Shown here: piece by piece, positions 7,915 to 13,931 of the stretch | Numbering within the stretch: position 1 is the stretch's first letter | How the letters are laid out: the number at the start of each line of letters is the position of its first letter | NCBI GenBank assembly: GCA_964565945.1 | Contig: CAZMGY010000008.1 | Coordinates: 1 to 13,931, forward strand | Length of the DNA stretch: 13,931 nucleotides | Source of the DNA: an uncultured bacterium | GTDB lineage: Bacteria > GCA-001730085 | Direction of reading: 5' to 3' | Program-made: the position numbers and the translations under genes | The notes under the pieces: generated by a model | What the model was told of the DNA's origin: nothing | The model's input: only the letters and a program-made list of their open reading frames with translations | Database searches by the model: none

Positions 7915-8409
7915 TTATGGTTTACTTAAGTTTCTGACATCTTCACGTTTATCCGAATCTAAAGCTAAAATTACCTTATTAACTATAGGTTCGATAAACA
8001 TGTTTAGTTCGTCTGGGTCTTCTGACATTTTCTTTATTTGATTTACAGTTTTAATTTTGAACCCAGAAGGCCCAAAAGTTTCAGCTATGTATTGGTGTAA
8101 TAACTCCTCTTTCCTTTCATTTTTAGTCCAACCAGCTCTTTTATCTTTAAAGACTGGTTTAACTCTTTCAATTTCTCTTTCTGCTTCGAGGATAAGGTAA
8201 AGTAATTTTTTTTCTACAGCTTCTAGGTACTGTGCCACTGCATTAGTTTTTGAGTAAATATTTACAAGCTGAGAATACCCTAGCTCGCTAATTGTGTGCT
8301 TTTTATTTGTTAAATCAGCATCAGTTGGGAGGTACGCCAATTTAGCTGCTACATTCAGCCTTGGCCAAACAATACTTACAATGCGAACCGTTATTAGACA
8401 ATCCCACAC
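7915..8409 (-). pseudogene. PD-(D/E)XK nuclease (DUF2800-like), C-terminal fragment, third frame
   Basis: From about 8352 downward this frame continues the protein after the Cys motif (AAKLAYLP...KPVFKDKRAGWTKNE...DSDKRED). The GTG start given by the ORF track is probably an artefact of the frame change. Confidence 0.65.
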
Positions 8410-8845
8410 TGTCAGGATCCAAATTAAGGACGTGGTTAATTACCGAACTTTGAATTAACGCTTGGCTGTTGTCGACTCTATTGATAGCTTGGACAAGTGA
8501 TTCTTTGAACTTCTCAACTACGTTGTATTTGATGTTCCAACGCTTGATTTTAGGTTGGTTTTCGTATATAGATCTCGGTTCTATGTCTTTGCTAGCCAGT
8601 AAAGCATAGCAAAGAAGTTGATTGTTATCCTTAGCCTCAACCTGTATGCTTTTGCCGTACTTGTAATCGTAAACTTTTAAATGCTTAGCCTCTTTGTCGT
8701 AAAACGAAGCATCAAAAGTTGAAAAGATATGTGGGTGCAACTCTGGCATAGCCACCGTTTGTTCAACTAGAAGGGTACTGTTTAAACTCCCCTGAAGTTT
8801 ATCAGTGAAGATTGTTTCAGCGTAAAATTGAGCATTCTCGATCAT
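8342..8845 (-). pseudogene. PD-(D/E)XK nuclease (Cas4/RecB-like, DUF2800-like), central catalytic fragment, second frame
   Basis: STFDASF ... LKVYDYKYGKSIQV ... NNQLLCYALLA gives the D / D-x-K / Q-x3-Y motifs. C-terminal CKYCLAKAEC is C-x2-C-x5-C. The frame is actually open upstream to 8893 (GDIVQQDGYEIEIDSK-M...), right after a stop at 8894-8896. Confidence 0.7.
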
Positions 8846-8888
8846 TTTGGAATCTATCTCAATTTCATAGCCGTCTTGTTGGACAATA

Positions 8889-9092
8889 TCACCTTACTAA
8901 GTTAGTAATGTTTATTTGTTTTAAACATTTTTCGGCTAGGGAATGTGCTACTGTCCCTTCCGCCGAGTATTTGGTACTTGAATCAATATTAGTTAAACCA
9001 AGTATTTGACTTAAACCTAGAGCTCTAGGACAAGCGGAAAATCGGTTATAACTAGAAGCTCCCATAGGAGTATGGGCTAATGAAGTTTGCAT
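8889..9092 (-). pseudogene. PD-(D/E)XK nuclease (DUF2800-like), N-terminal fragment, first frame
   Basis: GASSYNRFSACPRA...KYSAEGTVAHSLAE matches my recollection of the family's N-terminus and supplies the first Cys of the four-Cys pattern. A strong SD (AAGGAG) lies 10 nt upstream of the ATG. It ends at TGA 8889-8891, where the next frame takes over. Confidence 0.7.
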
Positions 9093-9094
9093 AA

Positions 9095-9211
9095 TTAAAT
9101 TTTCTCCTTTTTGTCTTTTATTAACTGTGTAGTTATATTTTCCCGAAGTTGAATTATTTCATCGAGTGATAGATCAATAAAACGAGTAACGTTGTACTGG
9201 ACAAGAACCAT
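9095..9211 (-). CDS. 38-codon ORF immediately upstream of the nuclease (not in the ORF track)
   Basis: ATG at 9211-9209 and TAA at 9097-9095, 2 nt before the nuclease ATG. Translates to MVLVQYNVTRFIDLSLDEIIQLRENITTQLIKDKKEKI. The SD is weak. Tight spacing to the next gene is the only support. Confidence 0.25.
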   Translation of the reverse strand: MVLVQYNVTRFIDLSLDEIIQLRENITTQLIKDKKEKI

Positions 9212-9240
9212 TACTCAATTTAAGTAAATGTTAAAAGTAT

Positions 9241-9268
9241 TTGCTAGAAACTCGCTTCATGATACCAT
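9241..9268 (+). promoter_or_regulatory. sigma70-like promoter candidate for the exbB cluster
   Basis: TTGCTA (9241-9246), a 16-nt spacer, then TACCAT (9263-9268), ending 39 nt upstream of the ATG at 9308. Weak match. Confidence 0.3.
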
Positions 9269-9307
9269 TTTAATGGTTTACTTAGGAATGTTTTGAGGAG
9301 AATAGAC

Positions 9308-9940
9308 ATGTTTGATTTGATCCACAAAGGTGGACCCTTAATGATTCTTTTGATTTTGTGTTCTTTGCTGGTTTTGACCATATTTATTGAGCGAATGATT
9401 CATTATTACCGAGCTAAAATCAATGCAAAATCTTTTATGCAGCGTATGCGCGAGGTAATGAAAAGTAATCGTATTCAGGATGCTCTGGAGCTGTGTCGCA
9501 ACACTCCAGGACCGATTGCCCATATTTTGGGGGTCGGATTGTTGAAGTATGATCGGACAAGGGATGAACTTCGCCAAGCCATGGATGATGCGGCTACTCA
9601 TGAAGTGGCTCGTTTGGAGAAAAACCTAAGCATGATGGCGACGATTGCTTATATTTCCCCATTGTTGGGTTTATTGGGAACGGTTTCGGGGATGATTGCG
9701 GCTTTTCGGATGATACAGGATAAGGCTGCTTCGGGATTGGTGGTTAATCCAGGAGATTTGGCTGGAGGAATTTGGGAAGCCTTGATCACCACGGCTACGG
9801 GTTTATTGGTGGCGATTCCAGCTTATGTGGCTTACAACTACCTTGTATCTCGTGTTGATTATATGGTGTTAGAAATGGAAGAGAATGCGGGGGAAATGGT
9901 CGACCTTTTGATTACAGGGAGAGGGGCCGATGCCTATTAA
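9308..9940 (+). CDS. exbB: MotA/TolQ/ExbB-family proton-channel protein
   Basis: Three predicted TM segments and the family-typical C-terminal half (LGLLGTVSGMI...GGIWEALITTATGLLVAIPA). GAGGAG lies 7 nt before the ATG at 9308, so the TTG at 9293 in the ORF track is unlikely to be the start. ExbB versus TolQ cannot be resolved. Confidence 0.9.
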   Translation: MFDLIHKGGPLMILLILCSLLVLTIFIERMIHYYRAKINAKSFMQRMREVMKSNRIQDALELCRNTPGPIAHILGVGLLKYDRTRDELRQAMDDAATHEVARLEKNLSMMATIAYISPLLGLLGTVSGMIAAFRMIQDKAASGLVVNPGDLAGGIWEALITTATGLLVAIPAYVAYNYLVSRVDYMVLEMEENAGEMVDLLITGRGADAY

Positions 9941-10328
9941 ACGACGCACGCGGATGATCAAAGGTCGTTTGGATTTATCACCTTTGATCGATATTGTTTT
10001 TTTATTGTTGATTTTCTTTATGTTGTCATCGTCGTTTATTTTGCAGCCAGGGATTAAAGTTAATTTACCTAAAGCTTTGTCTTCACAAAGTTTACATCAG
10101 ACGAATCATGCTTTAATTACAATTACACCGAACGGTAACTTGTATTTTAACGACACGATTATTTCGATGGATAACTTGCTCAAAATTTTGTTGGATACTG
10201 GTAAACCGTCGGTGATTATTCAGGCGGATGGCGATGTGGCGTTGCATTACGTGGTGGCTGTTTGGGATATTTGTCGTCGTTCGGGGATTGATTCGATCAA
10301 TATTGCCACAAGTCAGAAAAAGCTTTAA
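9930..10328 (+). CDS. exbD: ExbD/TolR-family biopolymer transport protein
   Basis: N-terminal LSPLIDIVFLLLIFFM with the conserved TM Asp. 132 aa. 11-nt overlap with exbB, and a purine-rich SD upstream. Confidence 0.9.
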   Translation: MPIKRRTRMIKGRLDLSPLIDIVFLLLIFFMLSSSFILQPGIKVNLPKALSSQSLHQTNHALITITPNGNLYFNDTIISMDNLLKILLDTGKPSVIIQADGDVALHYVVAVWDICRRSGIDSINIATSQKKL

Positions 10329-10349
10329 ACAACGATTGGTGAGGCGCTT

Positions 10350-10976
10350 ATGGGCAAAAATTTAACCTTTTACATGTCTTTTGCCGTTGCTACGGTGATT
10401 CATGCCCTTATGTTGACCTTGTTTTATCTATCGACACCTGTCGATTACTTTTATATTCCTAAAATGACACGGGTGTCCTTTCTACCTCTAGATATCAATC
10501 AGTTAACCCAGTACTCAGAAATCGATGTACTCGAAACAGGACAGGAGCAAAGACAGAACCCTGGTGTGATGGAACCTGAAGAAGGGCTTTCCAATGCGAC
10601 CAAGTATTGGCAAAAACTTGAAACATCTGATGATAAGACCTTGGAATTGCCCGAAGCGCAAGAAAAGTTAGAGCATAAGCAAGAAGACGTTAGTATGGAG
10701 CTGAATACCCAGCGCAAGGTGGTGCGTCTTTATTATCCCAAATACCCTTTGTGGGCGAAAAAGGCTGGTTTACAATCAGATGTGTCCTTACGTTTTCAAA
10801 TTCTCGAAAATGGACAAGTGGGTCAGTTGTTGTTCGATCACTTTTCAGGACATCCAGAACTGGACGCTTTGGGCTTGCGAGCAGTTCGTCGTTGGCGTTT
10901 TGAAGCTTTGCCCGATGGTGTCGATGGAGGTGCGCAATGGGGGACTGTTAAGTTGAAGTTTCGATTGAATCAGTGA
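10350..10976 (+). CDS. TonB C-terminal-domain protein (TonB/TolA-like energy transducer)
   Basis: One N-terminal TM containing His (ATVIHALML). C-terminal YPKYPLWAKKAGLQSDVSLRFQILENGQV...SGHPELDALGLRAVRRWRF fits the TonB_C pattern. GGTGAGG SD. Its position after exbB-exbD supports the call. Confidence 0.75.
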   Translation: MGKNLTFYMSFAVATVIHALMLTLFYLSTPVDYFYIPKMTRVSFLPLDINQLTQYSEIDVLETGQEQRQNPGVMEPEEGLSNATKYWQKLETSDDKTLELPEAQEKLEHKQEDVSMELNTQRKVVRLYYPKYPLWAKKAGLQSDVSLRFQILENGQVGQLLFDHFSGHPELDALGLRAVRRWRFEALPDGVDGGAQWGTVKLKFRLNQ

Positions 10977-10995
10977 CGGATGTGAGGCTAAAATT

Positions 10996-11259
10996 GTGTT
11001 TGGTGTAAGTTTGTCAACCTTAATGATGATTTATATAACAGTTCCTTTGGTGATCCTTTTTGCTTTTTGGTTCTTTTTTGAGGTCGAAAAAAAAGATTTC
11101 CAAATCACATATAAGGATCAAGACTTAATGCTTGTTTGTCCCTATTGTGCCCACGTGTTTTTGGAGAACAATCAGGAAAAGGTGGTGGAATGCCCTTCAT
11201 GTTTGAATTTGGTGAATCGTACCGAGGCGAGGTCGGATCATGAAGCCCGGTCAGTTTGA
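10996..11259 (+). CDS. small membrane-anchored zinc-ribbon protein (hypothetical)
   Basis: GTG start with GAGG 8 nt upstream. One hydrophobic helix ([17 protein letters not shown]), then CPYC-x14-CPSC. The last 20 nt overlap the uvrB start. Confidence 0.5.
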   Translation: MFGVSLSTLMMIYITVPLVILFAFWFFFEVEKKDFQITYKDQDLMLVCPYCAHVFLENNQEKVVECPSCLNLVNRTEARSDHEARSV

Positions 11260-13243
11260 ATTAGTAGCACCCTATGAGCTTTGTGGCGATCAGCCGAAGG
11301 TGATTGATGCTCTGACACAAGGTTTGCAGGATGGTTTGAACCATCAAGTTTTGCTGGGTGTGACTGGCTCTGGGAAAACTTTTTCGATGGCCAATGTGAT
11401 TGCACGGATGAATCGTCCTACCTTGGTGATGTCGCATAACAAAACTTTGGCGGCGCAGTTGGCGAGTGAGTTCAAAATCTTTTTTCCTAACAATGCTGTG
11501 GAATATTTTGTGAGTTATTATGACTATTATCAGCCAGAAGCCTATGTACCTCAGACTGACACGTTTATTGAAAAAGATTCATCGATCAATGAAAATATTG
11601 ATCGTTTGCGTCATGCGGCTACCCATTCTTTATCAACTCGCTGCGATGTGATTATTGTGGCGAGTGTGTCTTGCATTTATGGATTGGGTTCACCAGAAGA
11701 TTACGAAAATTTGTCTGTAACGCTCGAAGTGGGGCGTGAGTATCCACGCAAGGAGTTGATCGAAGATTTGTTGCGAATTCGTTATGAGCGTAACGATATT
11801 GCCTTCGAACGAGGACACTTTCGCGTGCGAGGGGATGTGATTGATCTTTTTCCGGCTTATGAAGATGCCAAGGCTTTGCGTATCGAGTTGTTTGGCGATG
11901 AGATTGAGAACATTTGTTGGATGGATCCACTCACTCACGAAACGATCCGTTTGGTGAAACGTGAAATTATCTTTCCGGCCAGTCATTATGTGATTCCCGA
12001 AGAAAAAATGAAGGTTGCCATTAAAGAGATTCGCCAAGAGCTTAAACAGCAACTTCATGTGTTTGAGCAAGAGAATAAAGTTTTAGAATACCAACGGCTC
12101 AAAATGCGTACCAATTACGATATCGAAATGATGAAAGAACTGGGATATTGTTCGGGAATCGAAAATTATTCACGTTACTTTTCGGGACGAAAACCTGGCG
12201 AGAAACCCTTTGTTTTGTTGGACTTTTTTGACGATGACTTTTTGATTATGATTGATGAATCTCATGTGACCGTTCCCCAAGTGCGTGGTATGTATAATGG
12301 GGATCGGGCTCGCAAAACAACTTTGGTGGAGCATGCGTTTCGTCTTCCGTCGGCTTTGGATAACCGGCCTTTAAAGTTTGAAGAGTTTGAAAAGTATATG
12401 AAAAATACGATCTATGTGTCGGCGACTCCAGCCGACTACGAATTGCAACAGGCTCAGCAGGTGGTCGAGCAAGTCATTCGTCCAACTGGCTTGATGGATC
12501 CCGAAGTAGATATTCGTCCGATTGCAACACAAGTGGATGATTTGATGGGGGAGATTCAAAAGCAGATTGAATGCAAGGAGCGTACGCTGGTGACCACTTT
12601 AACCAAAAAGATGTCCGAAGACCTGACCAAATACTTGCAGAACTTGAATGTGGAAGTCCAGTATATGCATTCGGGTATCGATACTTTGGAGCGACTTAAA
12701 ATTCTTAAACAACTTCGTTCTGGGGATATTGATGTTGTGGTGGGAGTTAACCTTTTGCGTGAGGGTTTGGATTTGCCCGAAGTCTCTTTGGTGGCCATTT
12801 TAGATGCTGATAAAGAGGGTTTTTTGAGGAATGAGCGTTCCTTGATCCAAACAATGGGACGCGCGGCGCGGAACGTGAATGGACGGGTGATTTTGTATGC
12901 TGATAAGTTGACAAATTCGATCAAACGGGCGACCGCAGAGACCCAAAGGCGACGCAAAAAGCAAGAGGCCTACAACCAAGAGCATGGAATTATTCCCAAA
13001 ACGGTTCAAAAAATGGTTCAGGATTTATCAGATACAACAGATTTGTTGTTTGAGAGTCCTTCTCGTGAGGAGAAGCCCAATTATGAAACGTCGTCTCAGG
13101 TGAAAGACCTGGTCCAAGAAAATAAACATGATACTTTGATCGCTCTCGAGGAGGAGATGAGGTTTGCGGCAGCTAATTTGGAATTTGAGCGGGCTGCCGA
13201 GCTTCGTGATCAAATCAAGCATTTATCTGAAAATACGAGCTAA
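11240..13243 (+). CDS. uvrB: excinuclease ABC subunit B
   Basis: GDQP...[11 protein letters not shown] Walker A. DESH box. Helicase motifs ([39 protein letters not shown]). C-terminal UVR domain ([11 protein letters not shown]). 667 aa. Confidence 0.98.
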   Translation: MKPGQFELVAPYELCGDQPKVIDALTQGLQDGLNHQVLLGVTGSGKTFSMANVIARMNRPTLVMSHNKTLAAQLASEFKIFFPNNAVEYFVSYYDYYQPEAYVPQTDTFIEKDSSINENIDRLRHAATHSLSTRCDVIIVASVSCIYGLGSPEDYENLSVTLEVGREYPRKELIEDLLRIRYERNDIAFERGHFRVRGDVIDLFPAYEDAKALRIELFGDEIENICWMDPLTHETIRLVKREIIFPASHYVIPEEKMKVAIKEIRQELKQQLHVFEQENKVLEYQRLKMRTNYDIEMMKELGYCSGIENYSRYFSGRKPGEKPFVLLDFFDDDFLIMIDESHVTVPQVRGMYNGDRARKTTLVEHAFRLPSALDNRPLKFEEFEKYMKNTIYVSATPADYELQQAQQVVEQVIRPTGLMDPEVDIRPIATQVDDLMGEIQKQIECKERTLVTTLTKKMSEDLTKYLQNLNVEVQYMHSGIDTLERLKILKQLRSGDIDVVVGVNLLREGLDLPEVSLVAILDADKEGFLRNERSLIQTMGRAARNVNGRVILYADKLTNSIKRATAETQRRRKKQEAYNQEHGIIPKTVQKMVQDLSDTTDLLFESPSREEKPNYETSSQVKDLVQENKHDTLIALEEEMRFAAANLEFERAAELRDQIKHLSENTS

Positions 13244-13408
13244 AAGAAGACACATCTATTTCGAAAACCTTACAGTGGCCTAGCAAGCTACAGATGAGCA
13301 AATCAACGCCAAATACATCCTCCTGACTATCGCTCATAAACGTGTATTGTAACCCCAAAGGCATCCCAAAACGTATCTTGTGAAACATTTTGCGAATGCA
13401 CATTATTA

Positions 13409-13581
13409 AAAGTGTTATTACAATCATCAAGTTGGCGCTAAACTTACAATCCAACAAAAAAGATACTTTTAAAAATGTTTGTGCGATTCCTGGTAAAGTG
13501 TTATTATAATCATCAAGTTGGTGCTAAACTTACAATCCAATAAATAAGGATGCTTTTAAAAATGTTTGTGCGATTCCTGGT
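13409..13581 (+). repeat. tandem direct duplication of two units, 86 and 87 bp
   Basis: Unit 1 is 13409-13494 and unit 2 is 13495-13581. They are head to tail with no spacer and differ by 5 substitutions and 1 indel. Each unit ends with AAAAATGTTTGTGCGATTCCTGGT. Confidence 0.92.
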
Positions 13582-13931
13582 CACGAGCCTTTTTCTGTTT
13601 CAACTCTTCAACACATCTTATCTGAGGGCTTTAGCTTTAGGAAGTCAATTGTCTAAAATAGAGGGACACTCTTTGGGGAAGGATAACGATGAAGAAGCGG
13701 AGGATTCTTTTTCCGATTCCGAGGGTAATGGGAGTGCGAATGATTTGCTTTTGGCGCCAGCGCAGGGCAAAAAAGAGACATTTTTTCAAGAAACTCCTAA
13801 AGTCGATCAAGAAAAAGAGCAGCGTTTTGTTGGGTACAACTTACCGACTGTTTACCAAGATCCTCTTTTGAAAGTGTACGAGCATAAGGATGTTAGAGAA
13901 GCGAATGTTGTGGTCGATAAAGGAGGTGTTA
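13562..13931 (+). CDS. hypothetical exported protein, 3'-truncated by the window edge (absent from the ORF track because it has no stop)
   Basis: ATG at 13562 (alternative ATG at 13550). AAGGA lies 11 nt upstream. There are 123 codons with no stop to the window end. The N-terminus MFVRFLVTSLFLFQLFNTSYLRALA looks like a signal peptide and is followed by an acidic Ser/Asp/Glu-rich stretch. Confidence 0.6.
   Translation, partial: MFVRFLVTSLFLFQLFNTSYLRALALGSQLSKIEGHSLGKDNDEEAEDSFSDSEGNGSANDLLLAPAQGKKETFFQETPKVDQEKEQRFVGYNLPTVYQDPLLKVYEHKDVREANVVVDKGGV

Larger units (their letters stand above)
7657..9211 (-). mobile_element. remnant of a phage or integrative-element replication/recombination module (gene-bearing part; true boundaries uncertain)
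   Basis: Contains only phage-type ORFs: a nuclease in three frames, a truncated SSB-like ORF and a tiny ORF. It lies beside a tRNA gene. Hand-counted 60-nt samples give about 28-38% G+C here against about 37-57% in the flanking genes. No integrase or att duplication is visible. Confidence 0.6.

Noticed and set aside
8894-8908. Perfect 7-1-7 palindrome TTACTAA-G-TTAGTAA exactly at the first frame switch of the nuclease.
   Set aside because: About one such palindrome is expected by chance in 14 kb of AT-rich DNA. No slippery heptamer or downstream structure suggests programmed frameshifting.
8812-9009. Plus-strand ORF of 65 aa.
   Set aside because: It is antisense to nuclease fragments that show clear family motifs. 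It lies in an AT-rich region where spurious ORFs are expected.
7643-9244. Inverted 9-mers flanking the AT-rich stretch: GCAAATACT at 7643-7651 and AGTATTTGC at 9236-9244.
   Set aside because: A 9-bp match between two AT-rich segments of about 100 nt has roughly a 1-in-10 chance expectation. There are no extended terminal inverted repeats or target-site duplication. This is not enough to define element ends.
9338-10717. Minus-strand ORFs 9338-9601 and 10499-10717.
   Set aside because: They are antisense to exbB and to the TonB-like gene. They are shadow ORFs.
11652-13222. Six minus-strand ORFs inside uvrB (11652-11930, 11690-12070, 12371-12559, 12556-12957, 12800-13009 and 13028-13222).
   Set aside because: All are antisense to a full-length, motif-complete uvrB.
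13383-13391. AAACATTTT upstream of the repeats is the reverse complement of AAAATGTTT at both duplicated start codons, suggesting possible long-range pairing.
   Set aside because: It is only 9 bp, AT-rich, with no supporting flanking complementarity.
13215-13457. Minus-strand ORF of 80 aa downstream of uvrB.
   Set aside because: It has a TTG start inside repeat unit 1, no SD, an odd composition, and a 29-nt overlap with the uvrB 3' end. It cannot be fully excluded as a small membrane protein, but nothing supports it.
13409-13581. Possible CRISPR array or minisatellite.
   Set aside because: There are only two units, directly abutting with no spacers, no repeat-internal palindrome typical of CRISPR, and no cas genes in view. 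It is reported instead as a tandem duplication.
13689-13871. Plus-strand ORF of 60 aa from the track.
   Set aside because: It overlaps, in another frame, the longer open-ended ORF starting at 13562. Its very basic composition is typical of an off-frame reading.

Overview
A 13.9-kb bacterial chromosomal window, mostly tightly packed housekeeping genes, with one short accessory stretch.

Left to right:
- A 5'-truncated hypothetical ORF.
- rpmE, with its own promoter-like element and an intrinsic terminator.
- A four-gene chain with overlapping stop and start codons: prfA-prmC-murA-pyrF.
- pyrE.
- Convergent on the minus strand: tRNA-Ser(GGA), then an Fe-S-type m5U RNA methyltransferase, then trmB.
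- An AT-rich stretch of about 1.6 kb (7657-9211) carrying phage-type replication/recombination genes in decay. It holds a Cas4/RecB-like PD-(D/E)XK nuclease split over three reading frames, a truncated gp2.5/DUF2815-like SSB N-terminus and a 38-codon ORF.
- exbB/tolQ, exbD/tolR, a TonB-C-domain protein, a small membrane-anchored zinc-ribbon ORF, and uvrB. These are closely spaced or overlapping.
- A spacer of about 165 nt, then two tandem units (86 and 87 bp) that duplicate the 5' end of an open-ended signal-peptide ORF missing from the supplied ORF track.

The rpmE-prfA-prmC order resembles what I recall from Chlamydiae/PVC genomes. Taxonomic origin cannot be established from the sequence alone.

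I see no intact defence system, CRISPR array, integrase or transposase. I therefore do not claim a novel multi-gene system here.

The most unusual signals are:
1. A near-perfect 65-nt hairpin made by an inverted copy of the tRNA-Ser 3' end, lying 2 nt upstream of the methyltransferase start codon.
2. The decayed phage module next to that tRNA.
3. The tandem duplication of a gene start.
4. uvrB overlapping a zinc-ribbon ORF at the end of a Tol/Ton-like cluster.
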